A stretch of DNA of 47,560 nt from a virus (IMGVR_UViG_2630968533_000001), one strand, 5' to 3'; shown: positions 16,686 through 26,404, numbered from the stretch's first letter. Translations and numbers: made by a program. Notes: generated by a model from the letters alone, not told the origin.

Positions 16686-16882
16686 TGCGTATTTCCTTCA
16701 AACGTGCGACTGAGCAGCAACGCAAAGAGTTCCTGGCTGATGATGTTGCGGCCGTTTATGACCTCATGAAAGAGGTTGTGGAATCAGGAAACTACACGGC
16801 GGCAAAGATGCTTAAACTGCAATTCTTGCTGGGCGACCTGAAATACAAATCCGAAGTTGTCGCCGGACGACGCGAGCATTAA
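16682..16882 (+). CDS. Hypothetical protein (66 aa)
   Basis: ORF track; coupled to the upstream gene; followed by a terminator. Confidence 0.45.
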   Translation: MMRISFKRATEQQRKEFLADDVAAVYDLMKEVVESGNYTAAKMLKLQFLLGDLKYKSEVVAGRREH

Positions 16883-16905
16883 ACCGTAACGATAACGAAC
16901 AACGA

Positions 16906-16931
16906 GCCTCGGCAATTGCCGGGGCTTTTTT
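16906..16931 (+). terminator. Rho-independent terminator
   Basis: 8-bp stem GCCTCGGC/GCCGGGGC with AATT loop, then TTTTTT. Confidence 0.5.
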
Positions 16932-16956
16932 ACATCCAGACAAAGGAGAACATGGG

Positions 16957-17256
16957 ATGCCTTCGACAAGCACCAAAAAAGAAATGGCGGTTAGTGATGT
17001 GCTTTACGCGCTTTCGACTATATGTGACGGAGCAATGATGAGGATGAAAGTCCTCCATGAAGCATACGAAAAAAGTCACGATGAGGCAGCTAAAGAGTGC
17101 CTGAATGAGATTGTGGACTTCCTTGATAGCCATCGTTCAGTTATATCGCGTCAACCGACAGCGTCGTCCATCACGATTAGCGCACCGGTTATCAATATAT
17201 CAGTAACTGCGGCGTGTAAATCAGCAGCGGAAGATGATTGTGCTTATGCCGAGTGA
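16957..17256 (+). CDS. Hypothetical protein (99 aa)
   Basis: ORF track. Confidence 0.45.
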   Translation: MPSTSTKKEMAVSDVLYALSTICDGAMMRMKVLHEAYEKSHDEAAKECLNEIVDFLDSHRSVISRQPTASSITISAPVINISVTAACKSAAEDDCAYAE

Positions 17257-17446
17257 TTTGTTCTGGTTTCCGCTTCCAATAAGAGATTTGTTGGTATTTC
17301 TGGCTGGCGCTTACGTCTGGAGAAAAGCGAAAGACACCTCGTTATCTTTGAGGTTTGTCTTGGCTATATCGGTAGGAACCGCGCTGGGGACGGCGTATCT
17401 TTTGACATTACTGGAGATATTCATTGAAGAATGGATAGTTTCATGA
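17234..17446 (+). CDS. Small membrane protein (70 aa, two hydrophobic segments)
   Basis: ORF track. Confidence 0.4.
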   Translation: MIVLMPSDLFWFPLPIRDLLVFLAGAYVWRKAKDTSLSLRFVLAISVGTALGTAYLLTLLEIFIEEWIVS

Positions 17447-17595
17447 ATGGTGTTGGCATTTTTCTGATGGTTGTGGCCGTGTGGTTTTGTTTCTCGCTGG
17501 TGTTTATTGCTGGTGTCCTGTGGCGCATCTTAGTGGCGCAGACAGCTTTTCGGCGTAAGCGAGAGCAAATGCACCTTGATTTATATCGAAAGTAA
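17443..17595 (+). CDS. Small membrane protein (50 aa), not in the ORF track
   Basis: Hand translation: ATG 17443 overlapping the upstream TGA, MNGVGIFLMVVAVWFCFSLVFIAGVLWRILVAQTAFRRKREQMHLDLYRK, stop 17593-17595, followed by a terminator. Confidence 0.3.
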   Translation: MNGVGIFLMVVAVWFCFSLVFIAGVLWRILVAQTAFRRKREQMHLDLYRK

Positions 17596-17602
17596 CTCTT
17601 AC

Positions 17603-17634
17603 AGCCTCGCGGTGTCGCGGGGCTTTTTATTTTC
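17603..17634 (+). terminator. Rho-independent terminator
   Basis: Stem AGCCTCGCG/CGCGGGGCT with GTGT loop, then TTTTTATTTTC. Confidence 0.5.
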
Positions 17635-17644
17635 AGGTGATGTT

Positions 17645-18055
17645 ATGGAAAAGAAAGAAGATAAACCGATTGCCATTGGTGCAGAGTCTGTTCCGTTTAA
17701 GTTTGAATTATCCCAACTGGTAACAATGCGTATCAGTGACGAATGGGGAGAAGTTCAAGCCCGTGCTCAGTATGCAAATGGCGAAAACCAGTATCTGATT
17801 CACTATCAGGCGGCTGATGGCCGTGCTACCACAGAGTGGTTCGGTGAGTCGATGCTGATTGCGATGGAGGATAAACGTCATCCTGGCTGCCCTGTTTTTG
17901 CCTGTATTGATTTGCCAGAAGGCGCGGTACTTGAAGACGACGAAGAAGAATGCTCATCTGATGGCGAACTTGTCATTACCGGAATCGTTGATGGTAAGCC
18001 GGAATACTCTCGTATTGAGGTAAATAACGGCTGCCTCCGTTTGATCCCTGCGTAA
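17645..18055 (+). CDS. Hypothetical acidic protein (136 aa)
   Basis: ORF 17576-18055; in-frame ATG 17645 downstream of the terminator. Confidence 0.5.
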   Translation: MEKKEDKPIAIGAESVPFKFELSQLVTMRISDEWGEVQARAQYANGENQYLIHYQAADGRATTEWFGESMLIAMEDKRHPGCPVFACIDLPEGAVLEDDEEECSSDGELVITGIVDGKPEYSRIEVNNGCLRLIPA

Positions 18056-18116
18056 CGCATTACAGCAGCTCTTGTGCCTATCAGGGGCTGCGATAATGCG
18101 CAAACCAAAGCTGCCT

Positions 18117-18160
18117 CATTAACTCCAGCTCGCTGTGGAGTTAATGCTGGTGGCTTTTTT
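18117..18160 (+). terminator. Terminator-like 11-bp perfect hairpin with downstream T-run
   Basis: CATTAACTCCA-GCTCGCTG-TGGAGTTAATG then GCTTTTTT a few nt later. Confidence 0.4.
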
Positions 18161-18289
18161 ATTACTGGAAGGTGGGCGACCGCCGTCAGTTGCGACCTGA
18201 CGACAGTCATTCATACCCACAGGGTGCCGTGGATACAAACCGAGGCCCACTTGCTTGCACAAGCGAGGGGATTTTAGCGGATAAACGGC

Positions 18290-18913
18290 ATGACAAAACA
18301 ACTTAATGTGGTTTCTTTACCACTTTCTGTGTTGATTGGTTATGAAAAGAACGCTCGCACACACTCCGTGGAGCAGGTAGATCAGATTGTTGCCAGCATA
18401 CAGGAGTACGGATGGACTAATCCGATCCTGATAGACGAGAACAACGTTGTAATTGCTGGTCATGGTCGAATTGCTGCGGCCACTCAGTTGGGGATGGATG
18501 ATGTTCCCTGCATTGTTCTGGCTGGGCTAACGGAGAATCAGAAGAAGGCATATCGTCTGGCCGACAACCGTATTCCGCTGAATGCTGGTTGGGATGAAGA
18601 GCTGTTAAGCGCGGAGCTTGCAGATCTTGCGGCCGATGATTTTGCTCTGGACTCAATTGGTTTTACTCAGCGCGAACTGGATAACTTATTGAGTGCGGCG
18701 GTCTACGATGACACAGAGGGTATGGATATCCCATTTGAGAAGGATGAGGCCAAATCAGGCGTAAAAGTTCAGTACCTGTCATTTGGAGGTCATAAAATCC
18801 CGGCAACGGATGAGGAAGCGGATCGTTTTGACTGCGCGGTGTCTCGTTATGTTGATGATAATGGCAGCTATATCGGATTTGTATCCGCATTGCTGGCTGG
18901 GGAGGTGTGCTAA
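18290..18913 (+). CDS. ParB/Srx-like N-terminal domain protein
   Basis: ORF track; ParB-like nuclease-domain pattern with AGHGRIAAA; paralogue of the gene at 21579. Confidence 0.7.
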   Translation: MTKQLNVVSLPLSVLIGYEKNARTHSVEQVDQIVASIQEYGWTNPILIDENNVVIAGHGRIAAATQLGMDDVPCIVLAGLTENQKKAYRLADNRIPLNAGWDEELLSAELADLAADDFALDSIGFTQRELDNLLSAAVYDDTEGMDIPFEKDEAKSGVKVQYLSFGGHKIPATDEEADRFDCAVSRYVDDNGSYIGFVSALLAGEVC

Positions 18914-20286
18914 TGCTTCACCTCAATTACGACATAACGCACCTACGCGGCGCGGAATATAACCCGCGTTTTATCGGTGAAGATGATCTTGCGAGGCTGG
19001 CGGAAAGCGTCAGGGAGCTGGGGCTTGTGAAGCCATTGATAGTGCGCGGCGATTTGCTGGTGGCGGGACACCAAAGGACGAAGGCGCTACGTAAGTTGGG
19101 AATAACGCGTGCTGCGGTGTATGTGTTGCCCTGTGAAACGACGGTATACGACGAAGTACGGTTTAACCAACTGCATAACGGAACGGATTTTGATAGCGGA
19201 GATGAGCGTTGCAGGGTGTCCGGTCTGGAAGATAAGCATGGTTTTGTTCAGGTATCGGCAAGCCAGATCTCAGGCAATATGCGCGCGAAAATGGCATATG
19301 TTCGAAAGAACATAGCGGAACTGGTTATCAAGTATGGTCCGTGGGGTGGTTGTGTTGCGACTCAGTCTGGCGAGGTTATTCACTGTGCTCAGTATGCATT
19401 AGCAGCGAAGATGACGCGTACACCGCTAACGGTGTTTGTGATCCCTGATGTTGAGAAGGAAAAATACCAAAGTTATCTGAATAAAACTTATGGTGTATTT
19501 GAGTATTCTCATCTGGAGAAAACAACATACATCCAGACGTATGCGCAGCTTATGCGGTTGCGTAATGGTGGCAGCCTGAAATCAAACCTGTATGAGTCGT
19601 TGATCCTCCCGATCATTGCCAAGACGCCAAGAGGAATTGATTTTGGTTCGGGGCAGGGAGACTACGCGCGAATGCTCAGGGCAAAGGGATATAACCTGCA
19701 TGATCTCGAGCTTTTCCGCCGTAAGGGCGCTGGAAACACTCTGGATAGGACCGCAACAAACCGGATGATTGATACGCTGGTGGACGACTTAAAAACGCGA
19801 GGGCGTTACGACTACGTGATTTGCGATAGCGTTTTGAACTCGGTCGATAGTGTCGAGGCTGAATGGTCCGTTCTGACGGTTCTGAAAGGCTTGTGTAAAG
19901 CTGGTGGGTCAATATTCTTTTCTGGCCGTAGCCGTGGAGAGCTGGAAACAGTCCTGAAGCAAACACAAGCTGCGAGTTCCAAAAGCCGGCTTTATTTTAT
20001 TGATCATAACGGTTTTACCGCGTTGTACCGGAAGGGGCACTGGTTTTACCAGAAGTTTCACTCTGATGAGGAAGTGAAGCAGTTGTGTCGTGTACATGGT
20101 TTCAGGATTAAGCGGTCAATATTCAACTGTAAGAGCTGGTATTTGCACGTCATTAACGATGATTCCCTTAGTTGGGCGAGTCTGGAGAAAGCTGTTCGTT
20201 TTGAGTTTGAGTTGCCGTTGCCTGGTGGTTCAACAATCGGACGATCTGATGATGTGCTGGCGGCTTTCCGGCCGTTGATTAAGTAG
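18907..20286 (+). CDS. ParB-like N-terminal domain fused to a class I SAM-dependent methyltransferase-like domain (459 aa)
   Basis: ORF track; N-terminal LIVRGDLLVAGHQRTKALRKLG ParB-like; C-terminal GIDFGSGQGDYARML (motif I-like) and RYDYVICDSVLN; no DPPY/NPPY DNA-methylase motif seen. Confidence 0.6.
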   Translation: MLMLHLNYDITHLRGAEYNPRFIGEDDLARLAESVRELGLVKPLIVRGDLLVAGHQRTKALRKLGITRAAVYVLPCETTVYDEVRFNQLHNGTDFDSGDERCRVSGLEDKHGFVQVSASQISGNMRAKMAYVRKNIAELVIKYGPWGGCVATQSGEVIHCAQYALAAKMTRTPLTVFVIPDVEKEKYQSYLNKTYGVFEYSHLEKTTYIQTYAQLMRLRNGGSLKSNLYESLILPIIAKTPRGIDFGSGQGDYARMLRAKGYNLHDLELFRRKGAGNTLDRTATNRMIDTLVDDLKTRGRYDYVICDSVLNSVDSVEAEWSVLTVLKGLCKAGGSIFFSGRSRGELETVLKQTQAASSKSRLYFIDHNGFTALYRKGHWFYQKFHSDEEVKQLCRVHGFRIKRSIFNCKSWYLHVINDDSLSWASLEKAVRFEFELPLPGGSTIGRSDDVLAAFRPLIK

Positions 20287-20302
20287 TGTGTAGGAGGCGC
20301 TG

Positions 20303-21022
20303 GTGGCTGACAGAATTGAGATAAAGATGGATTTTTCTTCTCAGGATATTCAACGACAACTCCAGCGCCTTGAAGAACGCGAATTGCCGTTCGCAATGGC
20401 GCTTGCGGCAACCAGAACGGCAAAGGCTTCTCAGGCTGCGATTAAGAATGAAATTAATCGGGTATTTGACAGGCCCACGCCGTGGATTCAGAACTCTACT
20501 TACGTTTTGGCCGCAAAGAAGGGTGATCCTACAGCCATTGTGTATGCTCGTGAATGGGGAGGAACGCCAGCACCTGTAACGTTGACTCCGCAAATCGAAG
20601 GTGGCCAACGACAGTACAAACGCTCAGAAGGGGCGCTAAGGGCTGGTGGATATTTGCCTAACGGCTGGCAGCTTGCTCCTGGTCCCGGCGCAAAGCTGGA
20701 CAAATACGGGAATATTTCGCGGGGGCAATTACAGCAGGTCTTATCTGGCCTAAGAGTTCAGCGAGATGCGCATCAAAATCGCCGTCAGGGCAAGCCTACG
20801 GAGTTTTTTGTTGTTCGACCTGGTACAAGTAACCCGCTTCAACCAGGCGTCTGGCAGCGCGTTGGGCGGCGTCCTACGTTGATCCTTACGTTTATCCAGC
20901 AACCTAACTATTCGCAGCGTCTTGATTGGCATGGCGTGGCGCTGCGTGCTGGTGAGGATGCGTTTGCTGATGAAGTCACAAAGGCTATTGATGACATTCT
21001 TTCTAAGACCTTCTCTCGTTAA
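20303..21022 (+). CDS. Hypothetical protein (239 aa)
   Basis: ORF track; no domain recognised. Confidence 0.5.
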   Translation: MADRIEIKMDFSSQDIQRQLQRLEERELPFAMALAATRTAKASQAAIKNEINRVFDRPTPWIQNSTYVLAAKKGDPTAIVYAREWGGTPAPVTLTPQIEGGQRQYKRSEGALRAGGYLPNGWQLAPGPGAKLDKYGNISRGQLQQVLSGLRVQRDAHQNRRQGKPTEFFVVRPGTSNPLQPGVWQRVGRRPTLILTFIQQPNYSQRLDWHGVALRAGEDAFADEVTKAIDDILSKTFSR

Positions 21023-21199
21023 TCATCGTGTGGTTGATGGTGTTGTTATGCAGAGTGTATTCACTGTGTTCTGTAGCGTCGCTCGCTGGCTGTCTGTGGG
21101 GGAGCACGAGCATCGTTTCATCGTCCGGCAGAATTGGGTCCTTCTGGCCAAAAGCGTTGGATGCGGGTCATTCGAACCCCGATATTCGGCTAGCTAAAC

Positions 21200-21578
21200 G
21201 TGAAAAAAGTTAGGTTAAAAGTTGCGGTAAAAGAAATTTACTCATCTCATTGAAAAATATCGGGAAAACGTGATTTTTTCTGTATTTGTGCTGGTAAAAA
21301 GAAAGTGGAAAATTTTCTTTTAGATCATCAAGATACGCGCAGATCTTTAACCAATGTGATGTTGTTCTGATAAAAATCGTTATAAATCATGCAAATACAT
21401 CCAATCTTTTAACCAAAACACCATCGCAAGATCCTTTTTACTTATAAAAACTTAATAAAATCAGATAATTATGCTGGTTTGTGTGATTTTTCATGAGTAA
21501 AAAGATCGTCATTTTTCTCTTTTAGTATCAATAAGTTAAACAGTTTTCTTTAACCTGTTGTGTTATGGCGGTTAAAAA
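21200..21578. promoter_or_regulatory. AT-rich non-coding region with an imperfect ~75-bp direct repeat and GATC-containing boxes
   Basis: Matching blocks (GTAAAAAG, TTTTAG, TTTAACC) in 21290-21370 and 21493-21570 offset by about 203 bp; 379 bp without an ORF. Confidence 0.35.
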
Positions 21579-22169
21579 ATGGCTCTAAAAATCGAATATT
21601 TACCAGTCGGTAAGTTGCTCAGATATGCCAAAAATTCACGGACTCATTCAGATGAGCAAGTTGAACAGTTGGTGAACAGTATCCGTGAGTTCGGTTTCAC
21701 TAATCCTGTGCTGATCGATGAAAAGAATGAACTGATTGCGGGGCATGGGCGGCTTGCAGCAGCCGAAATTCTGGAAATGGATAAAGTTCCGGCGATTCGG
21801 TTGAGTAACCTTTCTGAAAAACAGAAGAAGGCTTACAGGATTGCAGATAACAAGCTGGCCTTAAATGCTGGCTGGGATATGCAGCTTCTGGCCGAAGAAG
21901 TCAAAGAGTTAATGGATGATGATTTTGATATTGATCTGCTTGGGTTTAATGATGCAGAGCTTGACGAAATGTTAAGCGATGAACAGCCGCAGGAAGAAGA
22001 CGATAATTCTTCCCCTGTTGTTCAAATTAAGTACCTGGCTATTGATAAAGAACGTATTCCCGCGACGGATATGGAAATTGCATTGTTGCTGGATGTTTAT
22101 CGTCAGTACCACGACGCGCATGAAACGCATGAGGGATTTGTTCAGTATCTTGCTAATGGTTGCAAGTAA
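21579..22169 (+). CDS. ParB/Srx-like N-terminal domain protein
   Basis: ORF track; paralogous to 18290-18913 (shared LIAGHGRLAAA and QKKAYRIADN motifs). Confidence 0.7.
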   Translation: MALKIEYLPVGKLLRYAKNSRTHSDEQVEQLVNSIREFGFTNPVLIDEKNELIAGHGRLAAAEILEMDKVPAIRLSNLSEKQKKAYRIADNKLALNAGWDMQLLAEEVKELMDDDFDIDLLGFNDAELDEMLSDEQPQEEDDNSSPVVQIKYLAIDKERIPATDMEIALLLDVYRQYHDAHETHEGFVQYLANGCK

Positions 22170-22720
22170 TGGCCATCGTCAGTAAGTCAGAGTTTGCCCG
22201 CCGGAAAGGTATTTCTCCGGCAATGGTTACGAAGCTCTGTCGTTCCGGTCGCATTCCAGTGCTGAAAAGCGGCAAGCTGGATTTTGATAAAGCCAGTGCG
22301 GCTTATGAAGCGAGCCGACAGGTTGGTCGTGAGGTATCTGCTGAAAATGGAAAAAGAGGGCATGGGATATCTTCGGAACAACCAGAGTTACCCGCTGATG
22401 ATGCCGGATTAGCTGGTGGTACTTCCGGTGTTGCGGTGCAATTCAACAAGGCTAAGACCGCAGAAAAAATTTATCAGGCAAAGCTGAAACGCCTTGAATT
22501 TGAAGAAAAGGAAGGCTCTCTCATCGCTAAAGATGCGGTCAGGGATGATGCATTTCTGGCAGCTAATGAATTGCGTAGCCGCTTATTTAGTATTGCTCCA
22601 AGAGCAGCTCCCCGTTGTGAAGGCAAAACAGCCAGGGAGATCGAGCGCATTATTGAAGACGAGATTAATTTTGCGCTTCAGGCGCTCCAGGAATCCCGAT
22701 TTATTAAGCAGGAAGAATAA
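22169..22720 (+). CDS. terS: Terminase small subunit
   Basis: ORF track lists a TTG start at 22160; ATG 22169 overlaps the upstream stop (TAATG); N-terminal HTH-like segment; immediately upstream of terL. Confidence 0.6.
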   Translation: MAIVSKSEFARRKGISPAMVTKLCRSGRIPVLKSGKLDFDKASAAYEASRQVGREVSAENGKRGHGISSEQPELPADDAGLAGGTSGVAVQFNKAKTAEKIYQAKLKRLEFEEKEGSLIAKDAVRDDAFLAANELRSRLFSIAPRAAPRCEGKTAREIERIIEDEINFALQALQESRFIKQEE

Positions 22721-22725
22721 ACCTC

Positions 22726-24582
22726 ATGGGCGAAACAGTATGGAGCACCGCTTTTTTCCGTGCGCTTCGCCCTAAATCACGGCTAACTGTTTCCGAATGG
22801 GCTGATAAGTATCGTCATGTAGCGCCGGGAACGTCTCCAGAGCCAGGGCCGTGGCGTACAAGCCGAGTGCCATATTTGCGTGAACCAATGGATGTTATTG
22901 GTGACGCTGATACAGAAACAGTAGTGATGCAATGTAGCTCGCAAATTGGTAAATCCGAATTACAGCTAAATGTTATGGGTTACTTTGCAGATCAGGAGCC
23001 ATCTCCTCAGTTGATGATTTATCCAACGGTAGAGGCGGCTGAGGCTTTTTCAAAAGAGCGTATTGATCCGACGTTCAAATATTCCCCTGGTTTGAAACAC
23101 AAGCTGCATGAAGGGAAAGAGGGGCGCGGTGCAGCCAAAAAGTCCAGCACGACTATACGTATGAAGCATTACGCTGGTGGATATATAGCACTTGTTGGTG
23201 CTAATTCCCCAGCAGGTCTTGCATCCAGGCCAATTCGAATACTGTTAGCTGATGAGATTGATCGTTACGGTGTGACGCAGGAGGGCGACCCACTAAAACT
23301 AGGTATTCAGCGTACTACCAACTTTCATAATCGTAAGAAAGTTTTTGTTTCTACTCCTGTTTTGGAGGAAACAAGCAAAATCCACAAGTGGTTTAAGCTC
23401 TCCGATCAGCGTTACTACCATGTTCCTTGCCCATGTTGTGGCACCATGCAGGTGATGAAATGGTCGCAAGTCAGATGGGATAAGAGCGATTCAGGTGAGG
23501 CGTTACCGGAAACGGCCAGATATGAGTGCTGTGAGTGCGGCGGGATTATGCGCGGATCTGGTAAACCAGACGTTGATTGGTTGGCGAAGGGGGTATGGAT
23601 AGCTGAACATACTGGAGTTAAAGGTATTGTTGGTTTTCATATTAACAGTCTTTACTCCCCGTGGGTTGCATTGTCAGAGCTGGTTGAAGAATTTACGGAA
23701 GCAACCAGAAACCGCGATAAAAATGGATTAATGGAGTTTATTAACCTTAAGCTGGGTGAGCCATGGAAAGAGGATGCTAAAGACGATATCGATCCTGAAT
23801 ACTTGTTGCAACGCAGAATAAGGTTTGAAGAGTTTTTACCAGATGATGTTTTATTGTTAAGTGCTGGTGTTGACGTACAGGACACGTATTTAGTTTGTGA
23901 ATTGGTCGGTTGGGGAAAAGGTAAGGAGTCATGGGGGATAGAATATAAAATATTCCCAGGTGATCCCGCACAAGATGTTGTCTGGAAACAACTTGATGAA
24001 TACTTACTCCGTAGCTGGTCATTCCGTGACGGTCGAAAATTACAGATTTCTTCCGTTTGTATTGACTCTGGTGGGCATTTTACGACAGAGGTATATCGCT
24101 TTACTAAGCCGAGAGAATCAAGGCGAATATACTCTATCAGGGGGCGTGGTGGGGTAGGTTTACCATTTATAGGAAAGCCAAGTAATAATAACCGTGTGGG
24201 TGCTATGTTGTTTAATTTGGGGGTTGATGATGGTAAAGGGACCATCATGGCAAGAATTAAACTACATGATCCTGGTCCTGGTTATATGCATTTCCCATTA
24301 GATTCTGACAGAGGATATGATACCGAATACTTTAAAGGATTATTATCAGAGAAAAAAATATTTGAATATAAAAATGGGCAGACAAAAGAAAAGTGGGTGA
24401 AAGTCTACGAGCGTAACGAGCCTCTTGATTGCCGTAACTATGCAACTGCCGCGATGGAAATTCTGAACCCTAATTTTAACTGGCTTGCCGAACAGGAAAT
24501 GCGAGGTAATGTGTATGTGCAGAACTCGTCAGGTATACGTAGAAGACGCCGTAGAGTTATAAGTAAAGGCGTAACCATATAG
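22726..24582 (+). CDS. terL: Terminase large subunit (lambda GpA family)
   Basis: ORF track; 618 aa with LLADEIDRY-type ATPase motif and lambda gpA-like organisation as recalled. Confidence 0.9.
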   Translation: MGETVWSTAFFRALRPKSRLTVSEWADKYRHVAPGTSPEPGPWRTSRVPYLREPMDVIGDADTETVVMQCSSQIGKSELQLNVMGYFADQEPSPQLMIYPTVEAAEAFSKERIDPTFKYSPGLKHKLHEGKEGRGAAKKSSTTIRMKHYAGGYIALVGANSPAGLASRPIRILLADEIDRYGVTQEGDPLKLGIQRTTNFHNRKKVFVSTPVLEETSKIHKWFKLSDQRYYHVPCPCCGTMQVMKWSQVRWDKSDSGEALPETARYECCECGGIMRGSGKPDVDWLAKGVWIAEHTGVKGIVGFHINSLYSPWVALSELVEEFTEATRNRDKNGLMEFINLKLGEPWKEDAKDDIDPEYLLQRRIRFEEFLPDDVLLLSAGVDVQDTYLVCELVGWGKGKESWGIEYKIFPGDPAQDVVWKQLDEYLLRSWSFRDGRKLQISSVCIDSGGHFTTEVYRFTKPRESRRIYSIRGRGGVGLPFIGKPSNNNRVGAMLFNLGVDDGKGTIMARIKLHDPGPGYMHFPLDSDRGYDTEYFKGLLSEKKIFEYKNGQTKEKWVKVYERNEPLDCRNYATAAMEILNPNFNWLAEQEMRGNVYVQNSSGIRRRRRRVISKGVTI

Positions 24583-24593
24583 AGGAAATATAA

Positions 24594-24833
24594 ATGAACA
24601 ATGAAGCATTTTCTCTGACTGAAGCCAGAGAGATGTTATCTGTCTGGCGGGAAGCATATCGCGCTATTGCTATTGGCGGTCAGTCATATAAATTTGGTAC
24701 GCGGCAGTTAACTCGTGCGGATTTATCAGAAGTCAGAAAAGAGATGGATTACTGGCGTAATGAAGTAGAAAGATTATCAGCAGGTGTACGCCGAGGCCCA
24801 CGAATTAAACGAGTGGTGATAAGAGATTTATGA
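24594..24833 (+). CDS. Head-tail joining protein (gpW-like)
   Basis: ORF track; 79 aa between terL and portal, as lambda W. Confidence 0.5.
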   Translation: MNNEAFSLTEAREMLSVWREAYRAIAIGGQSYKFGTRQLTRADLSEVRKEMDYWRNEVERLSAGVRRGPRIKRVVIRDL

Positions 24834-26404
24834 ATATTCTTGATCGAGTTATTGCGCCGTTTTCACCTCAGAGGGCATTAAATCGAGCTTTGGCAAGAAA
24901 ACGGTTAGAAGCACTTGAAGGTATTAATAACCTTGGATATTCACGTCATGGTGCAAGCACTCATAAAAAATCATTAAGGGGTTGGTTTAGTAAAGCTGGT
25001 TCTCCTGATGATGATATTGTTAAAAATATAGATAAATTGCGTGAGCGTTCTCGTGATCTCTTCATGGGAAACCCGCTATCTGTTGGCGCAATAAAAACTA
25101 TCAGGACAAACGTTGTTGGTTCCGGTTTAAAACTAAATGCGAACATTGATGCCGATTTCTTGGGGATGACGCAGGAAGAAGCGCGAGCATGGGAAAAGCA
25201 TGTTGAGCGTGAGTTTAGATTATGGGCTGATTCTCCAAATTGTGATGCATCAAGAATGTGTACTTTTGGACAATTGCAATCATTGGTCCAAATATCTGCG
25301 TTAACATCTGGCGATATATTTGCTGCGCTACCAGTTATTAAGCGTAAGGGTGTTATATATGATTTGTGCGTCTATTTAATTGAAGGTGATCGTGTTTGCA
25401 ATCCAGAGGATCGTTTTATACCAAATCTTTACGGTGGCGTAGAGGTTGGTGAATTTAGCGAGCCTGTGGCGTACTGGGTTGCAAAACATCACCCAGCCGG
25501 GACTTCTGGTTTTGTAACCCGCAAGTGGGAACGTATTCCCGCATATGGGAGTAAAACAGGAAGAAGAAATATTCTGCATGTCATGCAGGATTTTGAAAGG
25601 CCTGGGCAACGCCGTGGCGTTCCTGTCCTTGCTCCTGTAATTGAAGCATTGAAGCAGTTAGGACGATACACCGATGCTGAATTGGTTGCTGCGGTTGTGT
25701 CAGGGATGTTTACTGTCTTTATTAAAACAGACGCTCCTGATGGGCCAGTCGGTGAATCGGGTATCCCTCAGTACGAGCAGATCGATAACCATGATAATAA
25801 CACCCAAGAAATGGGGAATGGCTCCATAGTAAGTTTGGGTGAAGGTGAGTCGATAGATACAGCAAATCCCGGGCGACCAAATACGGCATTTGATGGTTTT
25901 GTTGTCGCCATATGCCGTCAAATTGGGGCTGCTTTAGAACTCCCTTACGAACTCTTGGTAAAGCATTTTACAGCAAGTTATAGCGCAAGCAGGGCCGCAT
26001 TACTTGAAGCCTGGAAAATGTTCCGTATGCGACGTGACTGGATGGTTCAGTCATTTTGCCAACCGATCTATGAGGAATGGTTGGCCGAAGCCGTTGCTAA
26101 AGGTCGTGTTATTGCCCCTGGTTTTTTTTATGGGCCTGAATATCGCGCTGCATGGAGTGGCGCTCAATGGTATGGCCCATCACAAGGCCAATTAGATCCC
26201 CTTAAAGAAGTCAAAGCTGCAAAACTGCGTGTTGAGGAAACATTCTCTACCCGTGAAAAAGAAGCGGCTGAAATGTCAGGTCTTAACTGGGAAGAAACCG
26301 CACAAATCTGTGGCAGAGAAGAGAATGCTCGCCGTGAGTTGGGGCTTATTACACCTCCTGTTTCTGAGGTAAATGAACAAAATATGGAGACTGATGATGC
26401 CTAA
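24830..26404 (+). CDS. Portal protein (lambda gpB family)
   Basis: ORF track; 524 aa, position after terL and gpW. Confidence 0.85.
   Translation: MNILDRVIAPFSPQRALNRALARKRLEALEGINNLGYSRHGASTHKKSLRGWFSKAGSPDDDIVKNIDKLRERSRDLFMGNPLSVGAIKTIRTNVVGSGLKLNANIDADFLGMTQEEARAWEKHVEREFRLWADSPNCDASRMCTFGQLQSLVQISALTSGDIFAALPVIKRKGVIYDLCVYLIEGDRVCNPEDRFIPNLYGGVEVGEFSEPVAYWVAKHHPAGTSGFVTRKWERIPAYGSKTGRRNILHVMQDFERPGQRRGVPVLAPVIEALKQLGRYTDAELVAAVVSGMFTVFIKTDAPDGPVGESGIPQYEQIDNHDNNTQEMGNGSIVSLGEGESIDTANPGRPNTAFDGFVVAICRQIGAALELPYELLVKHFTASYSASRAALLEAWKMFRMRRDWMVQSFCQPIYEEWLAEAVAKGRVIAPGFFYGPEYRAAWSGAQWYGPSQGQLDPLKEVKAAKLRVEETFSTREKEAAEMSGLNWEETAQICGREENARRELGLITPPVSEVNEQNMETDDA

Noticed and set aside
23652-24248. 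Long antisense ORFs inside structural genes (for example 23652-24248, 29080-29439, 39563-39895, 40956-41228 on the minus strand)
   Set aside because: Each lies fully within a well-supported + strand gene (terminase, head, baseplate, tail fibre) in a tightly packed co-directional operon; typical spurious antisense frames.
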